From the IMG/VR virus record IMGVR_UViG_3300031746_000001: a stretch of 64,000 bases of DNA; one strand, written 5' to 3'. Positions 27,385 through 36,391 of this stretch are shown here, piece by piece. Origin of the DNA: a virus. Under the pieces are notes generated by a model, which was given only the letters and a program-made list of their open reading frames with translations, did not search any database and was not told the origin of the DNA. Both the position numbers and the translations under genes were made by a program. The first letter of the stretch is position 1. Every line of letters begins with the position of its first letter.

Positions 27385-28950
27385 TTACACTGAATAGTTC
27401 GGATCTACCTGCCAAACAGCCGTGACATCCAGACCAGTAGAAGGTATCGTCACAGTCGTTTCAAACGGCAGATAACCCTTTTCTCGTGCTTTTACCTTCA
27501 CAGCTATTCCTGTCACCGTATACGATACCGATGCCTTATAATATCCGGGGTTCTGGTCATCGGCTGTTGACGCATTAGCATTCATAAGTTCGGTCCCATC
27601 AGACACCTTGTAAATAGCACATCTGACATATTCCGAAGGCTCACTTCCGGTTTTCACATGCCGGACAACCAACGTAACGGATGTCTGAAAGGTAATCGTA
27701 TCCCCGGCAGGGTCGTATGACGAGGGTGCTGGACTACAGTATTGGTCATAGTTGACAGTAATCGCACTTCCATAGTTACTATATCCATCATAAGTGTTCC
27801 CCAGGAAATCCAAATTACTGAACGTGAATGGCCCAGCAACCGTAATATGAATCGCCCTCGGACATGAGATGAACGAGCAATCCGTAATATTATGCGAAGT
27901 GCTACTCATCCGAATCGCAGAAGACGTCGAACTGATAAAATTGCAGTTCTTGACCACTCCGGTGGAGGGTATCATCTCCGCACCGGCAATGAAGTTCGAG
28001 TTCAAAAACTCCTGGTTGGCGTTATAAGCTTGCCCCTCAATGGTGTCCGCATAAACAAAGGTGCATCCATAAAATCCGAACTTCGTTATATTCGTATCGG
28101 TCATTGTCAGCTTCCACTTTGAAGTAGACGGAGCACGAACAAAGCAACCACCAATCCCCGCCGTCCCAGACTTAGACCCGAAGTATATTTCTGTCGCTCC
28201 CGTTCCGTTCCCTTGCCCTTTTATCTCGTAAAAGCCAGTCGGGTTGCCCTTCATTGATTTGAATTGAACTACCTGATTTGAGCCCTTAAAATATGTAGCG
28301 GAAGTTCCACTTCCATCCCCCATGCGGAGTATCCCCTGAACAAAGTAGGCTCCATTATACTTTTCAACCACTCCATAGGCGAAGGTAGCCTCTGCTGTAA
28401 CAAAGTCCTCAAATGTCGCCGGAGCCCCGGAAGTTCCGGCCTTGATGTCCAAGCCGTATCCGTACCTCACAGCATCCCAGTAAATATAAACCTTTGCAGA
28501 GACTGTATCGCATCGCCAGTCCACATATCGCACAGCAGTCAAAATCAATGTTCCACTCGTCGTGTCGGGTGTCACGCTCGTATGCAGAGCCCACGGTATC
28601 CATCCCCCATGCGGTAGCGTGGATGCCGTGAACATATTCCACTCGCTATAATTTCCGGAAGTATCGGTCAACCTAATCCTCATCGGGTTTGCTCCATAAT
28701 TTTTCTTACTGAAAGCAAACCAAAAAAGAACCATCTTTCCGGACAGGCTTGTTCCGCCTGCACCCAAATCCCAGCGTGCTCCTCTGTTAGCAGAGGATGC
28801 CTTATAATCCCCAAGGCAATAAGTTCCTTCTATAGCATCAAAGACTGATGTATCATTTTGAGCCTGTGTGCCAGTCCCAACATTAGTCCAACCCGTAGTG
28901 GACTCACACATACTGATGTCGGTCATATTTGCAGTTACTGTTCCAGCCAT
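27385..28950 (-). CDS. Tailspike-like protein (carbohydrate-binding-like N-terminus, beta-helix-like middle)
   Basis: N-terminal CESTTGW...W...WD jelly-roll-like region; repeated GCTF/NSNF/NCNF/DCSF/NLDF rungs; C-terminal KAREKGYLPF Ig-like end. Confidence 0.6.
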   Translation of the reverse strand: MAGTVTANMTDISMCESTTGWTNVGTGTQAQNDTSVFDAIEGTYCLGDYKASSANRGARWDLGAGGTSLSGKMVLFWFAFSKKNYGANPMRIRLTDTSGNYSEWNMFTASTLPHGGWIPWALHTSVTPDTTSGTLILTAVRYVDWRCDTVSAKVYIYWDAVRYGYGLDIKAGTSGAPATFEDFVTAEATFAYGVVEKYNGAYFVQGILRMGDGSGTSATYFKGSNQVVQFKSMKGNPTGFYEIKGQGNGTGATEIYFGSKSGTAGIGGCFVRAPSTSKWKLTMTDTNITKFGFYGCTFVYADTIEGQAYNANQEFLNSNFIAGAEMIPSTGVVKNCNFISSTSSAIRMSSTSHNITDCSFISCPRAIHITVAGPFTFSNLDFLGNTYDGYSNYGSAITVNYDQYCSPAPSSYDPAGDTITFQTSVTLVVRHVKTGSEPSEYVRCAIYKVSDGTELMNANASTADDQNPGYYKASVSYTVTGIAVKVKAREKGYLPFETTVTIPSTGLDVTAVWQVDPNYSV

Positions 28951-28953
28951 AAC

Positions 28954-29301
28954 TTATGAATACACCACTGTGGTTGCTCTGTCGTCCCAGACGTTATCAA
29001 AGTTCTCGTTCCCATCAGCCCAAAGCACCGTAGTCACCGCCCCGGAGACAATCATCTTTCTAAGCCTCCAAGATGACGCACTTCCAGCCGTCCCGGTAGG
29101 AGCCTCGCCGATATAGGTCACGTCACTACTGGCTTCATCAACCCTCATCGCAAGACCTGCGTAGGGATCAAGACCATTCGGGCGGACTCCGATGATAAAT
29201 TGCTCGTGAACCTCGTTCCCGGAGACGTCCCGAACATTCGTCCGGGTTTTCTTCCCCGCCCCATCGGTAGGAACCTGTATGAATCCGGGGCCTTCAGCCA
29301 T
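28954..29301 (-). CDS. Hypothetical phage protein
   Basis: Start MAEGPG (29301) overlaps the upstream stop (TGATG); TYIGEA..G.......WR...WADG...FD.VWDDR motif. Confidence 0.6.
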   Translation of the reverse strand: MAEGPGFIQVPTDGAGKKTRTNVRDVSGNEVHEQFIIGVRPNGLDPYAGLAMRVDEASSDVTYIGEAPTGTAGSASSWRLRKMIVSGAVTTVLWADGNENFDNVWDDRATTVVYS

Positions 29302-29660
29302 CAGGTAATCTCCAAATCGATCGTGAACTCCATTCGGTCCCCCAAAGATAATGGAACCCCAGTAAAGTCTCCATGAACGACTAGCGTCCCTCCTGCGGCA
29401 AGAGTGAAGTTCCCCGCATTCGTAATCGTCTTTGGGGCATCGGCCTGTAGTATTCCAACCCACCGAATCTTGTTGGTCGCAGGCTGGGACCGGGAAGCCA
29501 CGACCCTAGCCTCGCTCGCTTCGACAAAGAGAGCAAGATCGTTCTTATCCGCCGTCCCAGGACCGGTTCCCCAAGCGATGTATTCAGCCGTGGTCTGAAC
29601 TACTTCGTCCAGCTTATCGACAATCCAATTCTCGCCGACATGCGTCAGAACGGTAGCCAT
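29301..29660 (-). CDS. Tail-collar / fibre-attachment-like protein (second copy)
   Basis: YIAWGTG....D.AL..E...ITNAGNF.....G....HGDF....L..GD..EFT; resembles 10326..10811. Confidence 0.6.
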   Translation of the reverse strand: MATVLTHVGENWIVDKLDEVVQTTAEYIAWGTGPGTADKNDLALFVEASEARVVASRSQPATNKIRWVGILQADAPKTITNAGNFTLAAGGTLVVHGDFTGVPLSLGDRMEFTIDLEIT

Positions 29661-29667
29661 AATTCCT

Positions 29668-29826
29668 CTACTTAGAGATTATCCCTAAATCTTCCCACTT
29701 TCCAGTGGAAGCACGATAGACCCTAGCTCTTATCACAGGCTTCTTGACCTTAGCCTTGGCACTTACCGAAAACCTAGGCTTAGATAACAGAAACCGTAAA
29801 AACCTGAAGAATAGCCTCTTCACCAT
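29668..29826 (-). CDS. Small basic protein (52 aa), missed by the ORF track
   Basis: Read by hand: MVKRLFFRFLRFLLSKPRFSVSAKAKVKKPVIRARVYRASTGKWEDLGIISK. Fills an otherwise empty gap and ends at the RBS of the next gene. Confidence 0.5.
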   Translation of the reverse strand: MVKRLFFRFLRFLLSKPRFSVSAKAKVKKPVIRARVYRASTGKWEDLGIISK

Positions 29827-30076
29827 AAGCAATCCTATCGTCGGAAAACTTCACGTAAGCCTGCACGACATAATTTCCGAACTCATTCAAATAAGTGGCA
29901 GAGGTTACATCGTAGTAGATAATCCCAGTGACCGGATCTTCCACAGTAGCAGTCTCGGTAACCCGAGATCCGTTCGGCCTCTTAATCACGATCTTTACCT
30001 CCTTCGCCCCGGCGAGACTAACTCCCGTCGTCACCCGAATCCTGAGAGCCGTCTGTCCCACATATACCTTACCCAT
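29780..30076 (-). CDS. Ig-like (BppU N-terminal-like) structural protein
   Basis: SLAGA..VKIVIKRPNG...GIIYY......LNEFGNYVVQAYVKF. Confidence 0.6.
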   Translation of the reverse strand: MGKVYVGQTALRIRVTTGVSLAGAKEVKIVIKRPNGSRVTETATVEDPVTGIIYYDVTSATYLNEFGNYVVQAYVKFSDDRIAYGEEAILQVFTVSVI

Positions 30077-30239
30077 CGTAGGGAATCCTCGAAGTTAAAA
30101 GAATTTGGCTTGAAATTGTTCCATCAAAGGCAAACCGGATTATTATCATCCCGTCAGAGTCGAAAAGATTAACGATCCCGGAACTCCCATCGAAAACCCG
30201 GTTTACGGACGAGGAAAGGGTCACTACATCTTCAAGCAT
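30069..30239 (-). CDS. Hypothetical small protein
   Basis: Start moved to MLEDVV (30239), just after the ATP-grasp stop; 56 aa. Confidence 0.4.
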   Translation of the reverse strand: MLEDVVTLSSSVNRVFDGSSGIVNLFDSDGMIIIRFAFDGTISSQILLTSRIPYDG

Positions 30240-30244
30240 TGGTC

Positions 30245-32635
30245 TTAGCGGAAGCTCTTCGCCCAGTCCTTGTCGACGTAACCCCACTCGAGAAGCTTCT
30301 GCCCCTCGGCGATCGTGCGGGCTCCGATATCGTAGCGGTAGAAGCCGTCCGGGATCCATATCTTCCGGGCGCTGTCGTTCATGTCCTGCATGGCCTGGGA
30401 GATCGTCTGCCCCTGTCCCGTGATGCAGACCGTCCGGCCATAGTCCGGGAGGGCGATATACTTACCATCCTCCTTGACCACCCCGAAGAAGCCGACCCGG
30501 GCCCCTTCCTCAATCGCCTTGTCTATGCCGTAGACGATCGACCAGTCACCGCCCCGGGCCTTCATGACCTCCGTGTAGGGGTAGCCGTTCACGCACCAGC
30601 ACGTCCCGATCGCCCAGCGGTGCTTCAAGATATCCCACTTCGGCCTGTACCGTGGATCCAGAAGGGTCCCGTAGGCGATCCCCGAGAGCACCTCCCCGAA
30701 GCGTTTGTGGAGCGTCATCTGAATCATGTAGACCGGATAGCCGAATCTGCAATTGCCAGAGAAAAACGCCTTCCCGTTTCTTCTCACCAGCATTGCGTGA
30801 TAATCCTCCACCTCTACATCCCAAACCTTACCTGTATAGTGCTCTCGACCCATCACGCGCTTGTCCACAGAATAATCAAGTTTCTTCTCTCGAACGCTCA
30901 GAGAATAACCATCACTCCTTCGAGTATAGCCGCCAATGCCTACCGTTCCCTTAACCTTGCAAGGCTTGATATTTGCCACTCGACCCGTCTTAAATAGCAC
31001 CTCCTGGAAATCATCCGCCAGAAGTTTTGAAGTCGTATAGAGACTCAGTTGGCCATTCCTCTTATGCCAGCATCCATCGCCAAGGGCAAAGCCATGAACC
31101 AGGGCTTCTAAAAGCCGAGGTGAAAAGTTCTTAAAAGCTAAGGGGATCGTCTTAAATGAAGCTGTCTTATCTAACCCGAGGGATTCGAGAAAACCACATA
31201 GTTGCCGAGAATTGATTTGATAATGACCGCCATTCTTCTGGACCGAAAAATCAAATCCAAAGTTCTTCAATATCTCCTCGATCTCGCCCCTCCTCTTGGA
31301 ACCCCAGCTTTGGGATATGGTCAGGTGATATTTCTTCCCGTTCTTTCTCCGTCCCCCAAAACATCCCTCCGACAGATACAATCCCAAAAACTGCATAAAG
31401 ACATGGGTATCAAGCTTCCGGGCTGGATGAACGAGGTATATCTTTTTCTTGGACTTTCCAAGACAATGTTCTTCAATATACTCGGGAATTTCAATATACC
31501 TTTTGTCAGTCCCAAACCACGACCCGCTCCGGACTATAGACCAATTCCACTCCGGCATCTCCCCAGCCTTGACAATCTTATTCTTCCCGCTCTTGGTAAT
31601 CAATAAATTATGGTCAGGAGTGACCAGAATATCCAAAGCCTTGTTCCCGATCCTTACCATCTCGCCATCATAGTCCCGCACCCGCTTACCCACAATTTTC
31701 TTCCACTCTATCTCCCGGCTTTGGGGATTGATAGCTAAGGCCATATCTCCAACCACAACCTCCGTATACTTCAGCCAGCCCCGTTGGGTCAGGATTTCGG
31801 TCTTCTCGTCGAAACAGGTGAACTCAATGACGTGCGTCCCGCTCTCGTTGGCGATGCAGGAGACCTCCACGTAGCCCCGGTAGCCGACCATCCGCAGGAA
31901 GGGCTCAATCTTCTGTAGGGTCTCCGCAAACGCCTTCCCTCCGGTGTCATCGTAATACATTGCCGTTCCGATCTCCGAGTTCATCGGCCCGAGATCCCCG
32001 GGGAAGGTCTTGTTATACTCAAAAGAGATCAGCTTGGGCCCCAGGAACTCCTGCCCGTTGAAAAACCCTCCGCAGGCGATCTCCACGCCCTCAATGAACT
32101 TCTCGAGCCGGATCGGAGCGGAGGAGGACAGGCCGGACAGAAACTTGATCATGGCCTCCGGAGATTTGGTCACGAAGGTCTTTTTGTTGCGGGACTCGTC
32201 CGACTTGTAGGCGTAGCCGGAAGGGTTCTGTTTGATATGCTGAACGGCGTCCTCTTTGGTGTTATGAACCGTGACCTCCGGGACCTTCACCCCGTAACCT
32301 GCCAGGGTCTCTCTGCCGAACTCCCGGTCCGTCTCGAGCCTCTCCCCGAGGAACGGGGCCCCGTAGACCAGAGTCCCCTTCTTCCGGAAGTAGTCGAGAT
32401 GCTTCCCGTAGCCGATATCCGTCGCCACGACGTAGTCGACGTAGCTTAGGATGGAATCATACATGTCGATCCGCTTGACCCCCCACTCTTCAAAGAGGCC
32501 TTTGCCGTAAAGGGCTTCGGACTCGTCCGGGTAGTTCCTGATCTTGTTGAGGTAATAGTAGACCTCATCTCCCTCCTGCGCCAGTCTCCTGGCTAGATCA
32601 AGGGCAAGACCAGTGTCGAGAATCAAGACCCTCAT
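30245..32635 (-). CDS. PurD-like ATP-grasp ligase, paralogue B, containing an intein (441 aa after splicing)
   Basis: Colinear with 22246..23571 (both have YGKGLFEEWGVK, IEGVE, GGFF.G, RGY, EFT.RFGYP, YR.DIG.R); 355-aa insertion between IEFT and CRFGYP. Confidence 0.85.
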   Translation of the reverse strand: MRVLILDTGLALDLARRLAQEGDEVYYYLNKIRNYPDESEALYGKGLFEEWGVKRIDMYDSILSYVDYVVATDIGYGKHLDYFRKKGTLVYGAPFLGERLETDREFGRETLAGYGVKVPEVTVHNTKEDAVQHIKQNPSGYAYKSDESRNKKTFVTKSPEAMIKFLSGLSSSAPIRLEKFIEGVEIACGGFFNGQEFLGPKLISFEYNKTFPGDLGPMNSEIGTAMYYDDTGGKAFAETLQKIEPFLRMVGYRGYVEVSCIANESGTHVIEFTCFDEKTEILTQRGWLKYTEVVVGDMALAINPQSREIEWKKIVGKRVRDYDGEMVRIGNKALDILVTPDHNLLITKSGKNKIVKAGEMPEWNWSIVRSGSWFGTDKRYIEIPEYIEEHCLGKSKKKIYLVHPARKLDTHVFMQFLGLYLSEGCFGGRRKNGKKYHLTISQSWGSKRRGEIEEILKNFGFDFSVQKNGGHYQINSRQLCGFLESLGLDKTASFKTIPLAFKNFSPRLLEALVHGFALGDGCWHKRNGQLSLYTTSKLLADDFQEVLFKTGRVANIKPCKVKGTVGIGGYTRRSDGYSLSVREKKLDYSVDKRVMGREHYTGKVWDVEVEDYHAMLVRRNGKAFFSGNCRFGYPVYMIQMTLHKRFGEVLSGIAYGTLLDPRYRPKWDILKHRWAIGTCWCVNGYPYTEVMKARGGDWSIVYGIDKAIEEGARVGFFGVVKEDGKYIALPDYGRTVCITGQGQTISQAMQDMNDSARKIWIPDGFYRYDIGARTIAEGQKLLEWGYVDKDWAKSFR
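30752..31816 (-). mobile_element. Intein with LAGLIDADG homing endonuclease
   Basis: Begins CFDEKTEILTQRGW; block B VTPDHNL; LAGLIDADG-like FLGLYLSEG and HGFALGDG; ends VWDVEV...FFSGN followed by +1 Cys. DNA is more AT-rich than its flanks. Confidence 0.93.
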
Positions 32636-32718
32636 CGGGGCGATCCTGGTAGCTCCCGAAACTGCCCCGGTGGAACTAACTCCCCTGAAAAATCAAAATT
32701 ATCATGACTTATGTACCC

Positions 32719-32734
32719 CTGCTGGCGCCAGCAG
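32719..32734. other. Perfect 16-bp palindrome immediately after the tape measure stop
   Basis: CTGCTGGCGCCAGCAG. No U-tract follows directly, so its function is unclear. Confidence 0.35.
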
Positions 32735-35700
32735 TTATCCACGAGTCGACACTCCTTCCCGAATCTCAGCCTCGACCTTCTCTCGGATGTTTCCCCATAC
32801 GACCTCACCGATCTTCTTACCGTCCATAAAGACATCCCCCTTGAGGCGCCGTAGGGCATCCACGATCGACCCGAGGACGCCTTCGACTTTTCCCCCAATT
32901 CCCGCCGTGATCCCTCCCCCTCCACCTGTGTATTTGATCTCCGGGGATTCATATTCGGAAAGGCCCCCGGCCTCAGTCAGTCCAACATCCCCTCCTGTCA
33001 TCAAAGAAGCTCCCTCCACCGCCGTAGTCGGAGTCGTAATAGGAACCTTTCCGTAAGACATAATGTCCTCGCCGGGAGCAACGGCGGAAACGTAATCAAC
33101 CGTCTCCTTCGGTGGAATTGGAAACGCGCCTCTAAACTTCCTTCCCGCAAGGAAGGCATCTAGTTTTCCCTCTCCCCAATTGTAAGCGGCGGCAATCAAG
33201 GCTTCATTACCGTTGTATTTTTTGTAGAGCTGATCCACAAGTCCGGCCCCAAGAGCCGTAGAAACTTTAGGGCGGGTTTTAAGGTACTCAGTCGCTTGAG
33301 CCAACTTTTGGATTATCTCTTCTTTGCCGAGCTTCTTCAAAGAAACCCCTTGCATTCCAAGAGCCACAGAAGGCAGAATCTGAGATGGACCAATCGCCCT
33401 CTCCTTAAAGTCATGCTTCCCTATCCGGGTTGTAACCTCCCTCGTACCAAGAATATTCTGTCCTCGGGATTCCCTCTGGACGATCTTTTGAAAGAGGGCT
33501 TCCTGTGGGGTTGCTCCCGGCTTGGTCATGTCTCCCCAATCCTTATAAATACCCTCACCGCCCGTCTCTTCGTAAGCCGTAAGATGCGGAGCCCGCTCTT
33601 TGAACCAGGCAACAAGGGCATCGAGGTATTGCTTCACCGGGCCAAACACCTTATCCCAGATTCCCTTGATCCACCCCAGGTTCTGTTCGATCCACTTCAT
33701 CGGGACCCGAATGATATCCTTGATCCACTCCATCGCATCTTTGGCCACCTTCTCAATCGGGCCACCTATCCATGCCAAAACCTTCGCCCCGAATCCTCCG
33801 AAAGCCTTTCCAACGGCAAACTCCCATCCCCAAACAGCCTTGTCGAGTGACCAGAGATTCTGAACAGCCCATCCGATTGCTCCCCCGATTCCCTTCAGGA
33901 TGGTCCAGACGACCTTCAGCGGCCTGGCTACGTTGACGTCCCAACCGAACTTTACAATTCTCGCCCCGATGGTTACGACGGTCTTGAGTATCTTCCCCAC
34001 CTGCCCCATGAGGTTAGAGAAGAACTTCGGAAGGAACTTGAGGAGAAAATCATCACCCAGGAATCGACGGATGTAGCCCCAGATATCGATATACTTGTAA
34101 AGACCGAAAGTGAGATCGTTCAAGACCTGAGATACTGTGTCAGCATAGGCTACTCCGGTCTTCCAACCCTTCTCCCAGATCGTCCCGCCCTCTTTCCAGA
34201 TACCGACGAATCTCGGGATCCCACGCCCGAGGAAATCCACGGCCGCGATGATCGCAGTGAGAACGACGGATATCTTACCGACGACCCCTAGGAATCCACC
34301 GAATCCACCTGCTCCTCTAGCTACTCCCAGACCAGCCCTTCCAGCTCCTGCCGCCTTGGCCGCTCCTGCTCCCGCCCTTCCAGCCCCGAGGCTAGCCTTC
34401 GTCATGCCCATTATTCCACCGGAAACATCAACCCCTCTCCCAGCTCCGGCAAGCCCAGCACCAGCCCCCAGACCTCGTGCTCCAGCCCCCGCTCCCTTCC
34501 CCATCCCAAGTAGACCCTTGAGCCATCCGAGCGGCTGGATCCCTCCCAGCTTCCCGGCCACTCCTCCGAAGAGCCCGACTCCCCGACCCATTCCCCCGAC
34601 GCCCGTCAGTAACCCAGCGATAATCGCCCCGGGGATCCCGAGGGTCGGGATAAGCCCGGCGAAACCCCCGCCACGCCTGCCCCCGGCGAACTCCATCATC
34701 TGCTTGCCGACGACGTATTTTGAAATCCACTCCATAATCTTCTTGTGAGAGGCCGCCCAACCCGTCGTCTTCCGGGCGATCTTGTCCTGAGCATCGGCAT
34801 ACTTGTTGAGCTGTTTCACATACTCCCCGACGAAAAGGGACCCTTCCTGGAAGAGCTTTATCTGCTCTGCCATTCTCGCTTTATTCTCTGCCCGGGTCGC
34901 GGTGGCCATGACGTCCTCAATGGACTTCCCCATCTCCCCGAAGTTCGCCGTCTGCGACTTGGCGGCATTCCCCATCTCCTTCTGCATCTTGTCGCCCAGG
35001 CGGACCACGGAATTAGCCACGTCCTCCCCGAAGGCATCCTCCACGGTAAACCGGAACCTCTCGACCGCAGACTTATCCCCTTCGATCGTTTTGTAGAAAC
35101 CCTGCAGTCGCTTAATGACGTTGCTCGTGTCCTGATCCATGAGCAGGGAAAAGGCGAAGTCGGCGTCCCCCACACCCCGGGAGAGCTCCGTCACCTGATC
35201 CATGACGTTATCGATGTCCCCGCCGAGGCCGAGACGAAACTTCTCCATCTCCTTCCGGCGATCCGCAGTTTTCTTGACCATGTTCTCCACGGCCCGGGAT
35301 GCGGCATCGATCCCTCCCTTGAGCACCTTGGACATGGCCGCAGTCGCCCGCATCATGCTCTTCACCATGCTCATGGACTTCTCGGGAGCCAGACCGAAGG
35401 TCATCGATATGTCCCTGGTCGTGTCCGACAGCTCCATCATCTGCTTTAGGAAATCCTTCGGAAGCCCCATCTTCTTGGTCATGGACGCCGACGTATCCAG
35501 AAGGTCGGTCATGTCCCTCTGCGTCATCCCAATGACCTCCGACGTCCCGACCCAGTTTGCATACGTCGACGGAGGAATATCAAAGGCTTCCTTCAGTCCC
35601 ACCGCCCGCTTCATCTCCCGGACTGCCTCATCGGACGTCAGGTTATCACGGAGATCTTCCCACGCCCCACTGGCCTCCCGAATGCTGATCCCCGTCCGTC

Positions 35701-36199
35701 GCATCTGCGTAACAATGGACCCGGCCATTCTTGAGACTGACTTCTCGGATATTCCCGCCGTCTCCTTGAAGCTCGAACTCCACTCCACGTTCTTGTCGAT
35801 CATGTCACCGAAGTCCCCGGCGAGACCAGTAAAAATACTGCCCCCGGCTCTACCCAAACCTTTGAGCTTTTCCCCGATGTCCTTGATATCGAAGCCGAGG
35901 AACCCGTATTTATCCCCACCACGACCGCCACGCCCCCCGTAGCGGCCACCGCCCATGCCCTCCCGGGAACTCTTCCCAGCATCCCTCCACGATCTGCCAA
36001 TATCCCGAGAGCTCCTATGAACGGCGTCGGCCATCTTCCGGGCGCCCATGACCGTCCGGTCGGCAACGTCGTCGGCTGTGTCCCCAAGACCTCGGAAGCT
36101 CTTCTTGGTGCCCTCGAGCTCACTGCGAGTGTCCTTTAGGAACTTGCCCGTCCCCCGATCGACAATTCCGAGACCAACTAGGAAATTCCAGGTGGGCAT
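32735..36199 (-). CDS. Tail tape measure protein with C-terminal lytic transglycosylase domain
   Basis: 1154 aa, helical and Gly/Ala-rich, with Trp-periodic repeats; follows the chaperone genes; SLT motifs IVQRESRG, AIGPSQILP, YNGNEALIAAAYNWGEG, ETVDYV. Confidence 0.9.
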   Translation of the reverse strand: MPTWNFLVGLGIVDRGTGKFLKDTRSELEGTKKSFRGLGDTADDVADRTVMGARKMADAVHRSSRDIGRSWRDAGKSSREGMGGGRYGGRGGRGGDKYGFLGFDIKDIGEKLKGLGRAGGSIFTGLAGDFGDMIDKNVEWSSSFKETAGISEKSVSRMAGSIVTQMRRTGISIREASGAWEDLRDNLTSDEAVREMKRAVGLKEAFDIPPSTYANWVGTSEVIGMTQRDMTDLLDTSASMTKKMGLPKDFLKQMMELSDTTRDISMTFGLAPEKSMSMVKSMMRATAAMSKVLKGGIDAASRAVENMVKKTADRRKEMEKFRLGLGGDIDNVMDQVTELSRGVGDADFAFSLLMDQDTSNVIKRLQGFYKTIEGDKSAVERFRFTVEDAFGEDVANSVVRLGDKMQKEMGNAAKSQTANFGEMGKSIEDVMATATRAENKARMAEQIKLFQEGSLFVGEYVKQLNKYADAQDKIARKTTGWAASHKKIMEWISKYVVGKQMMEFAGGRRGGGFAGLIPTLGIPGAIIAGLLTGVGGMGRGVGLFGGVAGKLGGIQPLGWLKGLLGMGKGAGAGARGLGAGAGLAGAGRGVDVSGGIMGMTKASLGAGRAGAGAAKAAGAGRAGLGVARGAGGFGGFLGVVGKISVVLTAIIAAVDFLGRGIPRFVGIWKEGGTIWEKGWKTGVAYADTVSQVLNDLTFGLYKYIDIWGYIRRFLGDDFLLKFLPKFFSNLMGQVGKILKTVVTIGARIVKFGWDVNVARPLKVVWTILKGIGGAIGWAVQNLWSLDKAVWGWEFAVGKAFGGFGAKVLAWIGGPIEKVAKDAMEWIKDIIRVPMKWIEQNLGWIKGIWDKVFGPVKQYLDALVAWFKERAPHLTAYEETGGEGIYKDWGDMTKPGATPQEALFQKIVQRESRGQNILGTREVTTRIGKHDFKERAIGPSQILPSVALGMQGVSLKKLGKEEIIQKLAQATEYLKTRPKVSTALGAGLVDQLYKKYNGNEALIAAAYNWGEGKLDAFLAGRKFRGAFPIPPKETVDYVSAVAPGEDIMSYGKVPITTPTTAVEGASLMTGGDVGLTEAGGLSEYESPEIKYTGGGGGITAGIGGKVEGVLGSIVDALRRLKGDVFMDGKKIGEVVWGNIREKVEAEIREGVSTRG

Positions 36200-36202
36200 G
36201 GG

Positions 36203-36391
36203 TTACTTCAATTCCTCTGGTAAGATGGGGAAGTCCTTTCCCTTCTTCCTCATTTCCGTTCTCAATTCGATCAAGCGTTGGCGCCTAGAGTATGGAATAG
36301 CCATAACGTCCCCGTAGGGCATCCTCCACGCTTCAAGGAAAAACATGAGATCGTGCTCGAGGTGCTCTAGGTCGCCGAGGGGAAGAAAAAA
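36203..36391 (-). CDS. Tail assembly chaperone extension (gpT-like), reached by -1 frameshift
   Basis: The -1 frame ORF FFLPLGDLEHLEHDLMFF...VMAIPYSRRQRLIE... overlaps the chaperone end at a T-TTT-TTC heptamer and stops 3 nt before the tape measure ATG. Confidence 0.75.
   Translation of the reverse strand, partial: FFLPLGDLEHLEHDLMFFLEAWRMPYGDVMAIPYSRRQRLIELRTEMRKKGKDFPILPEELK

Noticed and set aside
22246-32635. Calling the two ligases purD (purine auxiliary metabolic genes)
   Set aside because: Canonical PurD substrate motifs are missing, no other pur genes are present and the context is structural, so the symbol was withheld.
32632-32952. 106-aa minus-strand ORF overlapping the tape measure end
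   Set aside because: Mostly overlaps the tape measure in another frame and has no recognisable features.
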